Source: an uncultured Candidatus Bathyarchaeia archaeon
GTDB taxonomy: Archaea > Thermoproteota > Bathyarchaeia > Bathyarchaeales > DTEX01
Direction: 5' to 3'
Length of the DNA stretch: 41,714 nt
NCBI GenBank assembly: GCA_964529605.1
Contig: CAZGXE010000001.1
Location: 1-41,714 of the forward strand
Shown: piece after piece, positions 17,612 through 26,829 of the stretch
Layout: every line of letters begins with the position of its first letter
Position numbering within the stretch: the stretch's first letter is position 1
Notes under the pieces: model-generated
What the model was told of the DNA's origin: nothing
Seen by the model: the letters and a program-made list of their open reading frames with translations, nothing else
The model's database searches: none
Made by a program: the position numbers and the translations under genes

Positions 17612-18430
17612 CTAAACCTTCTCCATTTCTAAACCTACATTATTAAGAAACTTAAGTAGGGGTCTTTTGTCAGCGCCTCTTATACCTTTCCAGTCGAGAA
17701 TCGCCTTCTCAACGGTTTCAACTGTTCTTGTTATACACTGCCTTAGCATATGCTCATCCAGCTCATGCAAAGCATATTTTGGAATCATATGTCCGAAAGC
17801 CACATTGCTTGTTAGGGCCATGCGTGTGAACTTCCAATTGTAGTGTTGCCCCCCGATTCCTAAAACTGTTGGGTAAATTATCTCATTCTCAGCCGCCGCC
17901 ATAGCTCCCCTTGCAACAGCCCCAGCTGCCCTAGTATCCCGCCACTGTTCTAGGGAGCTTCCCAGCTCAACGAACATCGCCGGGACATCGAGTGAGGGTC
18001 CATGATGGGTGCATTCGTAGGACACCTCGTAAGGTAGGTTGATCTCCTCCTGAGCCTTCTTCATCTCGATTAATGCTGACTTCATTGCGCTTGCCGGAGA
18101 TATGGAGATCTTCCTTGGTATTCCGCCCAGCATCGCACTGCTAAGGTTGCCGGGTGTATGAACGGATAAAGTTGGTGTCCCGCTTTTACTGCTATGTCTT
18201 GATATGAAAATCGCAAGCTTTAGGTCTCTTGGATAAGGCAGATTCTGTGTGTTAACCGGTTCCTCATCCACGAAGACTAATTTAGCTTCTTCAGAGTTTC
18301 GGAGCGTTATGGAGTAAGATGGATTTCCAAGAAATTTTTCGCCGCTCTTTTTGAAATCGAAGAGTCTAATGAGTTCGTTGGCTATGTTTAACCCAGCAAC
18401 ATCAACCTTAGACGCCACGAAGAGTATCAT
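17612..18430 (-). CDS. dtdA: D-aminoacyl-tRNA deacylase, archaeal DTD2 type
   Basis: SRHSSKSGTPTLSVHTPGN, YECTHHGP, GIGGQHY and FGHMIPKY are DTD2 family signatures. Confidence 0.85.
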   Translation of the reverse strand: MILFVASKVDVAGLNIANELIRLFDFKKSGEKFLGNPSYSITLRNSEEAKLVFVDEEPVNTQNLPYPRDLKLAIFISRHSSKSGTPTLSVHTPGNLSSAMLGGIPRKISISPASAMKSALIEMKKAQEEINLPYEVSYECTHHGPSLDVPAMFVELGSSLEQWRDTRAAGAVARGAMAAAENEIIYPTVLGIGGQHYNWKFTRMALTSNVAFGHMIPKYALHELDEHMLRQCITRTVETVEKAILDWKGIRGADKRPLLKFLNNVGLEMEKV

Positions 18431-18444
18431 TCACTATGCCAACC

Positions 18445-18470
18445 GAAAAAAATAAAAAAATAAAATTTTT
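18445..18470 (-). terminator. Oligo-T tract (minus strand): probable terminator of the RAM-domain gene pair and/or A/T-rich promoter element for dtdA
   Basis: The minus strand reads AAAAATTTTATTTTTTTATTTTTT between the stop at 18490 and the dtdA start at 18430. Archaeal RNAP terminates on oligo-T. Confidence 0.4.
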
Positions 18471-18489
18471 GGGTTTTTATGGGCCTAGC

Positions 18490-18714
18490 TTAGGCTTCTA
18501 CAAGGGTTTCCGTGCTTCTCACACCGTGAATGCTGTTTATTATGGTAGTTGCCTTCCGGAGTTCAGCGTAATCTTCTGCTTCGAGGAAAGCAACTATGTC
18601 AAATCTGCCGTAGGTGAAGTATGCTTTTCTAACGCCCTTAACCTTCTTAACAGCGTCTAAAATGCTCTCAGCCTTCGTTGGAACAACCTTCAATAATACG
18701 CATGCATTCAACAT
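18490..18714 (-). CDS. Stand-alone Lrp/AsnC-type RAM (ligand-binding) domain protein, no HTH
   Basis: It is 74 aa with the beta-alpha-beta-beta-alpha-beta pattern (ACVLLKV...GVRKAYFTYGRFDIVAFLEAED...IHGVRSTETLV) typical of the AsnC_trans_reg domain. Confidence 0.7.
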   Translation of the reverse strand: MLNACVLLKVVPTKAESILDAVKKVKGVRKAYFTYGRFDIVAFLEAEDYAELRKATTIINSIHGVRSTETLVEA

Positions 18715-18739
18715 ATAGGTTCATTCCCCCTCTCACAGC

Positions 18740-18970
18740 TCAATATATTATCTCCGGGAGGGTTTCTGTGAAGACTATCCCGCTCAACCTTCCCATTCTA
18801 AGAACAGTTAAACCCAGCTCCCTCATATCCGTGGCTTCAAGATCGACTACAACGTCATATCGGCCTAAAACTGGGAAAACCCTCCTTACTCCTTTCAATT
18901 GGCTGATTTTTTTAACAACCTCCTCAAATCTACCATGCTCAGTTCTTATTAGGATGCATGCTGAAACCAA
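18740..18970 (-). CDS. Stand-alone Lrp/AsnC-type RAM domain protein (paralog of 18490..18714)
   Basis: It is 76 aa (ACILIRTEHGRFEEVVKKISQLKGVRRVFPVLGRYDVVVDLEA...IVFTETL) with the same domain pattern as its neighbour. Confidence 0.7.
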   Translation of the reverse strand: MVSACILIRTEHGRFEEVVKKISQLKGVRRVFPVLGRYDVVVDLEATDMRELGLTVLRMGRLSGIVFTETLPEIIY

Positions 18971-19043
18971 AGTAATCCCTCACCGTATATTTTAGCCTAA
19001 AACCGTTAAAATAGGTTTTGGCTAATTAGTGAGAAACGATATG

Positions 19044-19058
19044 CTTAAATAAAAATAT
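19044..19058 (+). promoter_or_regulatory. Putative TATA box for the S13-S4-S11-rpoD operon
   Basis: CTTAAATAAAAATAT ends 28 nt upstream of the ATG at 19086. Confidence 0.3.
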
Positions 19059-19085
19059 GCTTTTTCCTTGTTATTTGCTGAAGCT

Positions 19086-19568
19086 ATGGAAGAAGGGTTC
19101 AATAGTATGCCAGGAGGATTCAGACACATAGTTCGTGTAGTGGATAAGGATATGGATGGAACCAAAACAGTAGTGGAGGCTCTATGCGATGTTAAAGGCG
19201 TAGGTTTAAGGCTTGCCACCATAATAGCTGAAAAAGCTGGCGTTTCACCCGAAATGAGATTGGGCTATTTATCAGATGATAAAATAAATGAGATTGAAAA
19301 TATAATCCTGAACCTAGCTGATTATGGTATTCCAAGCTGGCTTCTAAACCGCCGAAAGGATTTGGAGACTGGTAAAGATAAGCATCTGATCTCTTCGGAT
19401 ATAGATTTGCAGGTTAAAGCCGACATAGAGAGGGAGAAGAGCATAAGGTCCTGGCGTGGTTACCGGCATGCTTACGGTCTTAAGGTTCGAGGTCAAAGAA
19501 CGAGGACAACAGGTAGACGCGGTAAGACCCTAGGTGTTTCAAGATCCAGAGCTAAGAGGTCAAGGTGA
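19086..19568 (+). CDS. rps13: Ribosomal protein uS13
   Basis: FRHIVRVVDKDMDG, VKGVGLRLA and SWRGYRHAYGLKVRGQRTRT are present. The ATG at 19086 is preferred over the TTG at 19068. Confidence 0.9.
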   Translation: MEEGFNSMPGGFRHIVRVVDKDMDGTKTVVEALCDVKGVGLRLATIIAEKAGVSPEMRLGYLSDDKINEIENIILNLADYGIPSWLLNRRKDLETGKDKHLISSDIDLQVKADIEREKSIRSWRGYRHAYGLKVRGQRTRTTGRRGKTLGVSRSRAKRSR

Positions 19569-19574
19569 TAGGGT

Positions 19575-20129
19575 GTGGGTGATCCGAAGAAGCCTAAAAA
19601 GAAATATGAGCCGCCTAGGTTTCCGTGGAGAAGCGATGTTCTCCAAAATGAGCTTATTCTGCTCGGTCAGTACGGCTTAAGAAATAAGCGTGAGCTCTGG
19701 CGTCACAAAACTATGCTCTCAAGATTTAGGGGGATAGCAAGATCTATATTGAGCATGCCCATTGAGAAGAGAGCTAAGCTCGAATCTGAACTTTTGGGTA
19801 AACTGAAGCGCTTAGGCATTCTGTCCGAGAACGCTATTCTTGACGATGTTCTGGACATGAAGATTGAGGACATTTTGGAGAGAAGATTACAAACAATAGT
19901 TTTTAGAAAAGGACTAGCTAAAACACCCTACCAAGCCCGCCAATTAATAACGCATGGACATATAGCCATTAATGGCAGAGCGGTTTTCTCACCCAGCTAT
20001 CTTGTCCCCAAGGGTGAGGAGGAAAAAATAACCTATGCTTCCTCAAGTTCACTCAGCAATCCTGAGCACCCCTTAAGATTAATCATTGAGGCTGCATCTA
20101 AAACTGGCGGAGGTGAACATGAAGCGTGA
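19575..20129 (+). CDS. rps4: Ribosomal protein uS4
   Basis: [17 protein letters not shown] at the N-terminus and the S4 RNA-binding domain [28 protein letters not shown] are present. Confidence 0.9.
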   Translation: MGDPKKPKKKYEPPRFPWRSDVLQNELILLGQYGLRNKRELWRHKTMLSRFRGIARSILSMPIEKRAKLESELLGKLKRLGILSENAILDDVLDMKIEDILERRLQTIVFRKGLAKTPYQARQLITHGHIAINGRAVFSPSYLVPKGEEEKITYASSSSLSNPEHPLRLIIEAASKTGGGEHEA

Positions 20130-20527
20130 GTGGAAAGAAAGGGGAGAGGTGGGGTGTAGCCCACATATATAGCTCCTACAATAACACAATAGTTCACATA
20201 ACAGATCTCTCAGGGGCTGAAACGATTGCAAGGGCCTCCGGAGGAATGTTTGTTAAGGCTGACCGACAGGAGTCTTCGCCCTACGCTGCAATGAGGGCTG
20301 CAGCGTATGCGGCGAGTATAGCAAAGGATAAGGGCATAACAGCCATACACATAAAGGTTCGTGCGCCAGGCGGTTCAGGTCCGAAGACTCCTGGTCCAGG
20401 GGCTCAAGCTGCTATAAGGGCTTTAGCTAGAGCCGGCTTCAAGATGATCGGCCGAATAGAAGAGGTTACACCTACACCGCATGATGGAACTAGGCGTAAG
20501 GGTGGACGAAGGGGCAGAAGGGTCTAG
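20126..20527 (+). CDS. rps11: Ribosomal protein uS11
   Basis: [18 protein letters not shown] and [16 protein letters not shown] are present. The GTG start overlaps the uS4 stop. Confidence 0.95.
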   Translation: MSGKKGERWGVAHIYSSYNNTIVHITDLSGAETIARASGGMFVKADRQESSPYAAMRAAAYAASIAKDKGITAIHIKVRAPGGSGPKTPGPGAQAAIRALARAGFKMIGRIEEVTPTPHDGTRRKGGRRGRRV

Positions 20528-20633
20528 ATTTCCTCAAAAGGGTCTATTGTGAGGGAAAAGTTGAAATAGATCTCTAAAATCTTTATGTGGGAAACATGTC
20601 ATCCTATTATGATGGAAGAAAGAGGACTAAGTT

Positions 20634-21470
20634 ATGCGTGTAACTCTCCTTGAAAAAAGTGACTTAACGACACGTTTCATAGTTGAGGGAATAAACGCTC
20701 CTCTAGCAAACACGCTTAGAAGAATAATGCTTTCAGAAGTTCCCACCATGGCTATAGACGACGTCATAATATACGAGAATTCATCAGTTCTGCATGACGA
20801 AGTGTTGGCTTTACGGTTAGGTCTTATTCCACTCAAAACGGATCTTGACTCATATAATCTCCCGGAAAAATGTAATTGCGGAAGTGATCTAGGCTGTCCC
20901 CTATGTAGAGCCATTTTAACACTTGATGTTAAGGCTGAGAACGGCGTCCGCACAGTTTACTCGGGCGATCTGGTTCCGGAAAACCCGAATGTGGCTCCTG
21001 TAAGCGATAAAATCCCAATAGTTAAGCTGGCGACGGGGCAAAGAATCAGGCTTGAGGCCTACGCGAAACTCGGTAGGGGCAAGGTTCACGCTAAGTGGCA
21101 GCCGGTTTCAGCCTGCACATACCGGTATAAGCCAATAGTGAGAATAGATTATTCCCGGTGTGATGCCTGCGGAAAATGCGTTGAGGTATGCCCAAGGAAG
21201 GTTCTCGTAAAGAAGGGGAATAAAATCTCGGTTGAGAATGGGATGGAATGCATCTTATGCACCGACTGCGTGAGGGTTTGTAAAGTAGAGCCTTCGCCGA
21301 TAGAGATAAGCTGGGATGAAAACATCTTCATCTTCTATGTGGAGTCAACAGGCGCCCTGCCTGTTGAACGCATAATATTTGAGGCCTTAAAAATTTATGA
21401 GGAGAAATATTCGAATTTTATAACTCTGCTGGAGGCTGAGGGATTAGGAAATGAGTCGAAAGAATCTTAA
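20634..21470 (+). CDS. rpoD: DNA-directed RNA polymerase subunit D (Rpo3) with an Fe-S cluster domain
   Basis: ANTLRRIMLSEVPTMAID is the RpoD/alpha motif. The ferredoxin-like insert has the cysteine motifs CDACGKCVEVCP and CILCTDCVRVC. Confidence 0.9.
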   Translation: MRVTLLEKSDLTTRFIVEGINAPLANTLRRIMLSEVPTMAIDDVIIYENSSVLHDEVLALRLGLIPLKTDLDSYNLPEKCNCGSDLGCPLCRAILTLDVKAENGVRTVYSGDLVPENPNVAPVSDKIPIVKLATGQRIRLEAYAKLGRGKVHAKWQPVSACTYRYKPIVRIDYSRCDACGKCVEVCPRKVLVKKGNKISVENGMECILCTDCVRVCKVEPSPIEISWDENIFIFYVESTGALPVERIIFEALKIYEEKYSNFITLLEAEGLGNESKES

Positions 21471-21819
21471 GACAACAAACCCTGAGCTAATGAGGCTCGT
21501 GCGTCTCCTAAGGAAGGCTGCCAGAGAGAACAAAGCCAACATATGGAGGACTGTAGCCGAATATCTATCAAAGCATAGAAGAAGGCGCATAGCCGTTAAT
21601 GTAAGCCGCATAAACCGCTATACAAAAGACGGGGATGCGGTTGTTGTCCCGGGAAAGGTTTTAGGAGCCGGACTGATTACTCATCCAATTAAGGTTGCAG
21701 CCTTAGACTTCTCGGAGCAGGCACGCCAAAAAATAATTAAGGCTAGGGGAAAATGTTTATCCATACCAGAACTCATAAAACTGAATCCTAGGGGTTCAAA
21801 TGTTAAGATAATTGGGTGA
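21451..21819 (+). CDS. rpl18e: Ribosomal protein eL18
   Basis: NPELMRLVRLLRKAARENKANIWRTVAE and VNVSRINRY are present. It sits in the conserved position after rpoD. Confidence 0.85.
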   Translation: MSRKNLKTTNPELMRLVRLLRKAARENKANIWRTVAEYLSKHRRRRIAVNVSRINRYTKDGDAVVVPGKVLGAGLITHPIKVAALDFSEQARQKIIKARGKCLSIPELIKLNPRGSNVKIIG

Positions 21820-22262
21820 AAACTCAAATGGGTACATCAGAGAAAAATAGGGTGACAATAATCGATGCTAAGGGATTAATCCTCGGGAGAATGGCCAGCG
21901 TAGTTGCTAAAAGACTTCTTAAGGGCGAGAGAATAATTATAGTGAATGCCAGCGGCGCCGTAATATCCGGTAACAGACATAGCATAATCAGAGCTGCCCA
22001 TGAATTCCTCCAGATTGGGCATCCTGGAAAGGGACCCCTACACCCGAGGAGACCGGACACTATAGTTAAGAAAACCATACGGGGCATGTTGCCTTACAAA
22101 AAACCGCGTGGAAGAGAAGCCTTGAAGAGATTAAGGGTATATATAAGCGTGCCCGATGAGTTTAAGGGTAAGAGTGTGGAGAGAATACCTGAGGCTGAAG
22201 TTGAGAGATTAAGAGGCCGTTACATAACCATCTCTGAACTAGCCCAATCTATTAGAGGATGA
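21816..22262 (+). CDS. rpl13: Ribosomal protein uL13
   Basis: [21 protein letters not shown] and [23 protein letters not shown] are present. Confidence 0.9.
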   Translation: MKTQMGTSEKNRVTIIDAKGLILGRMASVVAKRLLKGERIIIVNASGAVISGNRHSIIRAAHEFLQIGHPGKGPLHPRRPDTIVKKTIRGMLPYKKPRGREALKRLRVYISVPDEFKGKSVERIPEAEVERLRGRYITISELAQSIRG

Positions 22263-22278
22263 GGAGTGGTGTAATCGT

Positions 22279-22695
22279 ATGCCAGTTTCATCAAAGAAGG
22301 TTTTGGTTGTGAGTGGAAAGCGGAAAACCGCGATTGCAAAAGCTGTTATAAGATCTGGAAGAGGGAGAATCCGCGTAAACAACATACCCCTGGAAATTTA
22401 TGAGCCTGAGGTTGCGCGCTTAAAGATTCTTGAACCCCTCCTAGAGGCTGGTGAGGAAGTTTGGAAAGATTTAGATATAAACGTTAAGGTGAGAGGCGGC
22501 GGTTTTATGGGTCAGGCGGAAGCCGCTAGGATGGCGATTGCTAGGGCGCTAGTCAAATGGACTAAGAGTGCACATCTGAAATCAGTCCTCCTAAAGTTTG
22601 ATAGAACCCTGATAGCTGGGGATCCGAGGAGGAAGGAGCCTAAAAAGTTCGGCGGCCCAGGTGCGAGAGCTAGAGACCAGAAGAGTTATAGGTGA
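22279..22695 (+). CDS. rps9: Ribosomal protein uS9
   Basis: [33 protein letters not shown] and the C-terminal [24 protein letters not shown] are present. Confidence 0.9.
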   Translation: MPVSSKKVLVVSGKRKTAIAKAVIRSGRGRIRVNNIPLEIYEPEVARLKILEPLLEAGEEVWKDLDINVKVRGGGFMGQAEAARMAIARALVKWTKSAHLKSVLLKFDRTLIAGDPRRKEPKKFGGPGARARDQKSYR

Positions 22696-22730
22696 AATTC
22701 ACACTCTTATCTTGAAAGAAGGATGAGAAG

Positions 22731-22940
22731 ATGATAATTCCAGTTAGATGCTTCACATGCGGAAAACTTATAGGTGATAAATGGGAGGAGTTTGCCAGAA
22801 GAGTTAAGAGCGGAGAGAACCCAGGAGAGGTTCTGGATAGTTTAGGTTTAACCCGCTACTGTTGTAGACGCATGCTCTTATCACATGTTGAGGTAATAGA
22901 TGAAATAATAAAGTTTTATGAGAAACGGGCGGAAATCTAG
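22731..22940 (+). CDS. rpoN: DNA-directed RNA polymerase subunit N (Rpo10)
   Basis: [12 protein letters not shown]...[12 protein letters not shown] is the RpoN zinc-binding signature. Confidence 0.9.
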   Translation: MIIPVRCFTCGKLIGDKWEEFARRVKSGENPGEVLDSLGLTRYCCRRMLLSHVEVIDEIIKFYEKRAEI

Positions 22941-22954
22941 GAGGAATAATACGT

Positions 22955-24205
22955 ATGTCCACAATAATTGAGGATGTTGTTGCTAGAAAAATCCTGAACA
23001 GTAGAGGGGAAGCAACCATAGAGGTTGAAGTAGCCACGATAGACGGCTTCGGCATAGCGTCAGCCCCAAGCGGAGCAAGCAAAGGTAAAGCTGAGGCAGC
23101 TGCCTACCCGCCTGGAGGAGTTGATGAAGCCATAAAAAAGGTTGAAGAGCTAATCGCTCCCGAACTCATAGGGCTTAACGCTGACAATCAAGAGGAAATA
23201 GACAACCTTTTACGCGAACTTGATGGAACCGAAAAATTCACGAACATCGGCGGAAACACCGCTTATGCGGTTTCCCTAGCTGTTGCAGATGCTGCCGCCA
23301 GCTCCTATAACATGCCGCTATTCCAGTATTTAGGCGGATGCCTAGCATGTTATTTACCCTACCCGCTTGGTAATGTTCTCGGCGGCGGAAAACATGCTTT
23401 AGGGAAGGTTCCGGACATACAGGAGTTTCTGGTTCTACCAGCTGGTGCACCAACCTTCATGGCTGCCGCCGAAGCTAACGTTAAAGTTCATAGGAGATTA
23501 AAGGATATACTCATTAAGCTAGACCCTCACTTCACGGGTGGAAGAGGGGATGAAGGCGCTTGGGCCCCGAACCTATCGAATGATAAGGCTCTTGAAGCCA
23601 TTTCAGAAGCATGCGAAAAGGTATCCGATGAATTAGGCTTCGAATGTAGAGTCGGTCTTGACGTTGCCTCCTCCTCCCTCTGGAACCCAGATAAACAGCG
23701 TTACGTATATGTGAACGAGGGGATTGAAAGGGACAGAGGTGAACAGCTAGAATACATCCTAGACCTAATCGAAAGATACAGGCTTATCTACGTTGAGGAC
23801 CCTCTCCATGAAGAGGACTTCGAAGGGTTCAGCGAGCTTACGTCAAAGGTTAAGGGATGCCTAATATGTGGAGACGACCTCTTTGTCACCAATGAGGAAC
23901 GTCTAAATAAAGGTATAGCCAAAAAAGCTGGGAACGCAATAATCATAAAAATGAATCAGGTAGGAACCTTAACTGACACTTGGAAGGCAACTAAGCTGGC
24001 GAAGGAAAATGGGTATGTGCCGATAGTCTCCCACAGGTCAGGTGAGACAACGGCTTTTCACATCGCTCACTTAGCCGTCGGATTCGGCGCCCCAATAATA
24101 AAGACAGGGGTTCTCGGAGGAGAGCGAATAGCGAAAATTAATGAGCTCCTACGTATCGAGGAAGCTCTGGGTGGAAAAGCTAGGATGGCTGAGCTGAAAA
24201 TTTAA
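22955..24205 (+). CDS. eno: Enolase (phosphopyruvate hydratase)
   Basis: SRGEATIEVEV, PSGAS, GDEGAWAPN, GLDVASS, VEDP, GDDLFVTN, IKMNQVGT, SHRSGET and IKTGVLGGERIAKINELLRIEE are present. All catalytic and Mg2+ positions I know of are intact. Confidence 0.9.
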   Translation: MSTIIEDVVARKILNSRGEATIEVEVATIDGFGIASAPSGASKGKAEAAAYPPGGVDEAIKKVEELIAPELIGLNADNQEEIDNLLRELDGTEKFTNIGGNTAYAVSLAVADAAASSYNMPLFQYLGGCLACYLPYPLGNVLGGGKHALGKVPDIQEFLVLPAGAPTFMAAAEANVKVHRRLKDILIKLDPHFTGGRGDEGAWAPNLSNDKALEAISEACEKVSDELGFECRVGLDVASSSLWNPDKQRYVYVNEGIERDRGEQLEYILDLIERYRLIYVEDPLHEEDFEGFSELTSKVKGCLICGDDLFVTNEERLNKGIAKKAGNAIIIKMNQVGTLTDTWKATKLAKENGYVPIVSHRSGETTAFHIAHLAVGFGAPIIKTGVLGGERIAKINELLRIEEALGGKARMAELKI

Positions 24206-24219
24206 GGGAGAGATCTAAA

Positions 24220-24873
24220 TTGTCCTCTAAAGAGAAGGTTGAAGGTGAATCTGGCGTAGCGGCTGAATCATTACTTTTGCCGCATGATGTACTTCTCTCT
24301 GCGGGAATACATATTGGAACAAAAATTAAGACCAAAGACATGGAGCCCTTCATTTATAAGGTTAGAGGAGACGGCCTCTTCGTTCTGGACATAAAGAAGA
24401 TTGATGAGCGGATAAGGATTGCTGCGAAATTCCTCAGCAGATTCGATCCATCGAAGGTTGTGGCTACAGCTGTTAGACTATACGCCAGAGAGCCAGTCGC
24501 AAAGTTCTGTGAGGTTACGAAGGCGACGCCTGTTATCGGCCGCTTTATCCCAGGGCTTCTCTCAAACCCGCTTTATCCAGCTAGAATTGAACCAGAAGTT
24601 ATACTGGTTTCCGACCCGCGGACTGACGCTCAGGCAATTAGGGAAGCTACGAAAATCGGCATACCCGTAGTGGCTCTATGTAGCACAGATAATGACTTCA
24701 CAAATATAGATTTGGTTATACCCACAAATAATAAAGGCAGGAGGGCCCTCGCGGTTATATATTGGCTTCTAGCAAGGCAGGTTCTCCGGGAGAGAGGGGA
24801 AATCCTGCCTGACGGCGACCTGCCGATTCCAATAGAAGAGTTCGAGGTTAAGTTGGCTGAGAAAGTGCGGTAA
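24220..24873 (+). CDS. rps2: Ribosomal protein uS2
   Basis: LLSAGIHIGT, VVSDPRTDAQAIREA and IPVVALCSTDN are present. It sits in the conserved eno-S2 position. Confidence 0.9.
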   Translation: MSSKEKVEGESGVAAESLLLPHDVLLSAGIHIGTKIKTKDMEPFIYKVRGDGLFVLDIKKIDERIRIAAKFLSRFDPSKVVATAVRLYAREPVAKFCEVTKATPVIGRFIPGLLSNPLYPARIEPEVILVSDPRTDAQAIREATKIGIPVVALCSTDNDFTNIDLVIPTNNKGRRALAVIYWLLARQVLRERGEILPDGDLPIPIEEFEVKLAEKVR

Positions 24874-24918
24874 AAATAAAGCCAACGGAACAGTTTTTAT
24901 TATTCTCCCCAGCTAACA

Positions 24919-24927
24919 TTTTATATT
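24919..24927 (+). promoter_or_regulatory. Putative TATA box upstream of the MEMO-like gene, followed by a GGAGG Shine-Dalgarno at 24962-24966
   Basis: TTTTATATT lies downstream of a T-run (24894-24898) that follows the rps2 stop. GGAGG lies 6 nt upstream of the in-frame CTG at 24973. Confidence 0.3.
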
Positions 24928-24972
24928 CTAACTTGCAGAGTCTTATTTGGATACAAAGAGGGGAGGATAAAC

Positions 24973-25827
24973 CTGTCAGTTAAGATTAGATATGCAAAAT
25001 ATGCTGGGAGTTTTTACGCTGGCTCAAAGGAGTCTTTAAGAAGACAGATTGAAGAATGCTTCACCCATAGGTTCGGTCCCGGTAAGCTTCCGCAAATATC
25101 TGAAGAGGGGCCGAGGAGAATAGTTGGCCTCATCTCTCCGCATGCCGGATATATGTATTCGGGCCCCGTAGCGGCTAACGCTTACTATCAGCTGGCTCTA
25201 GACGGCTCAATTAGCACATTCGTAATATTAGGCCCAAACCATCAGGGTTTCGGAAGCGGGGTTGCGATAATGAACCTAGGTGTTTGGCGCACACCACTAG
25301 GAGATGTGGAAATAGACGCTGATGTAGCAAGGGAAATTCTCAATCACTCCGATATCATTGATGTTGATGAAACCGCCCATGCCTATGAGCACTCGATAGA
25401 GGTTCAGCTGCCATTTTTACAGTACATTTACGGTTCCTCATTCAAGTTTGTTCCAATATGTTTTCTAATGCAGGATTTGGAAACCAGCCGTGAGGTGGGG
25501 CAAGCCTTGGCTGAGGCCCTCAGGGATAAAAACGCTGTCATAATCGCCTCAACGGATATGACCCATTATGAGCCCCATAAGCGGGCGAGTGAAAAAGATA
25601 GGGAGGCAATAAACGCGATACTTCAGCTTGATGAGAAGCTCTTTTACTCGATTCTGGAATCACGTAACGTGACAGCTTGCGGCTACGGTCCAGTTGCGGC
25701 CCTAATAACCGCCTCAAAAAGGTTGGGTGCCGAAAAGGCTGAGCTGCTAAGCTATAAAACGAGTGGGGATATAACTGGCGATAAATCAGCGGTCGTCGGC
25801 TACGCAGCCATAGCACTCATCAAATAA
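24973..25827 (+). CDS. MEMO1 / AmmeMemoRadiSam system protein B family protein. The start is uncertain because there is no canonical start upstream of the conserved N-terminus.
   Basis: The in-frame translation from 24973 gives KIRYAKYAGSFYAGS...ISPHAGYMYSGPVAANAY, the conserved MEMO N-terminus with the PHAGY motif. This precedes the first ATG at 25153. The frame is open from 24880. Confidence 0.7.
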   Translation: MSVKIRYAKYAGSFYAGSKESLRRQIEECFTHRFGPGKLPQISEEGPRRIVGLISPHAGYMYSGPVAANAYYQLALDGSISTFVILGPNHQGFGSGVAIMNLGVWRTPLGDVEIDADVAREILNHSDIIDVDETAHAYEHSIEVQLPFLQYIYGSSFKFVPICFLMQDLETSREVGQALAEALRDKNAVIIASTDMTHYEPHKRASEKDREAINAILQLDEKLFYSILESRNVTACGYGPVAALITASKRLGAEKAELLSYKTSGDITGDKSAVVGYAAIALIK

Positions 25828-25842
25828 AAAAGGGGTTTCCAG

Positions 25843-26829
25843 TTGAGGTCTCAGTCTAGGGCCTCTGCGCCGGCGAAAATAATCCTATTCGGTGAGCACT
25901 TCGTCGTCCATGATAGGCCGGCCGCCGTCATAGCTATAGATAGAAGAGCCTACGTTACCGCGAAGCCTAGGGCAGACAATAAAATAATCATCAGATCTAA
26001 GGATCTGGATGCTTCAGGGGCCTTCGCAGCTAACGGTGAATATCAGCCGATTAAAGGAGGCTTTGAGACTGAAACGAAGTTTAAGCCAATCTACTCCGTT
26101 GCGAAAAACATTATGGTTCTCTCTAGTGAAGCTGCCGGTATAGAACTTGAAATAGACTCGTTTATTCCGGTTGCTGCCGGATTAGGCTCTTCAGCTGCTG
26201 TAGCCGTAGCGTCAGCCGCGGCTATAAGTAGTCTTCTAGAGGTTAATCTCAGCCGAGACGAAATCTTCCGAATAGCATTCGAAGCCGAGAAAATTATTCA
26301 CGGCAATCCCTCAGGAGTAGACCCGGCAATCTCAACCTACGGCGGCCTTCTAATCTATCGTAGAAGTGAAGGGATAAGGCGGCTAGATGTTGATGTTGAT
26401 TTTCCGCTCATAGTAGGCAACACACGTATCGAGCGGGTGACCGGTAAGCTGGTTTCCCATGTAGTCGAGTTGAAGAGGCGTTACCCAAGTGTGGTTGAGA
26501 GGATTATGGATGCTGGTGCCGCGATCACCCTCTTAGGCGTTGAAGCGCTCAAGAACGGCGACCTAGAAACTCTAGGCGATTTAATGAACATTAATCACTC
26601 TCTCTTATGCTCTCTAGGTGTTTCCAACGAGGCTATTGAAAGACTTGTTCACGCGGCGAGAAGGGCTGGCGCATTAGGCGCTAAATTGACCGGTGCTGGT
26701 GGAGGAGGCTGCATCATAGCCCTCCCCGCACCCAACATGAATCATAGAATCGCTGAGGCTATCAGGCATGCTGGGGGCGACGCCTTCACAACCAGTAGAG
26801 CCGTGGAGGGTGTTAGAATTGAGGAGTAA
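25843..26829 (+). CDS. mvk: Mevalonate kinase (GHMP kinase)
   Basis: APAKIILFGEHFVVH, the GHMP motif PVAAGLGSSAAVAVA and KLTGAGGGGC are present. Confidence 0.9.
   Translation: MRSQSRASAPAKIILFGEHFVVHDRPAAVIAIDRRAYVTAKPRADNKIIIRSKDLDASGAFAANGEYQPIKGGFETETKFKPIYSVAKNIMVLSSEAAGIELEIDSFIPVAAGLGSSAAVAVASAAAISSLLEVNLSRDEIFRIAFEAEKIIHGNPSGVDPAISTYGGLLIYRRSEGIRRLDVDVDFPLIVGNTRIERVTGKLVSHVVELKRRYPSVVERIMDAGAAITLLGVEALKNGDLETLGDLMNINHSLLCSLGVSNEAIERLVHAARRAGALGAKLTGAGGGGCIIALPAPNMNHRIAEAIRHAGGDAFTTSRAVEGVRIEE

Noticed and set aside
22941-22954. Absence of rpoK (Rpo6) between rpoN and eno, where it sits in many archaea.
   Set aside because: Only 14 nt separate the two genes, so nothing is hidden here. 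The gene is probably elsewhere in the genome, and absence from one window is not informative.
24029-24070. The enolase motif reads SHRSGETTAFHIAH instead of the near-universal SHRSGETEDTxIAD, and STG reads SKG near the N-terminus.
   Set aside because: All catalytic and metal-binding residues I can place are present (His, the Glu pair, the Asp/Glu/Asp Mg ligands and both Lys). This looks like lineage divergence rather than loss of function. It cannot be evaluated further without an alignment.
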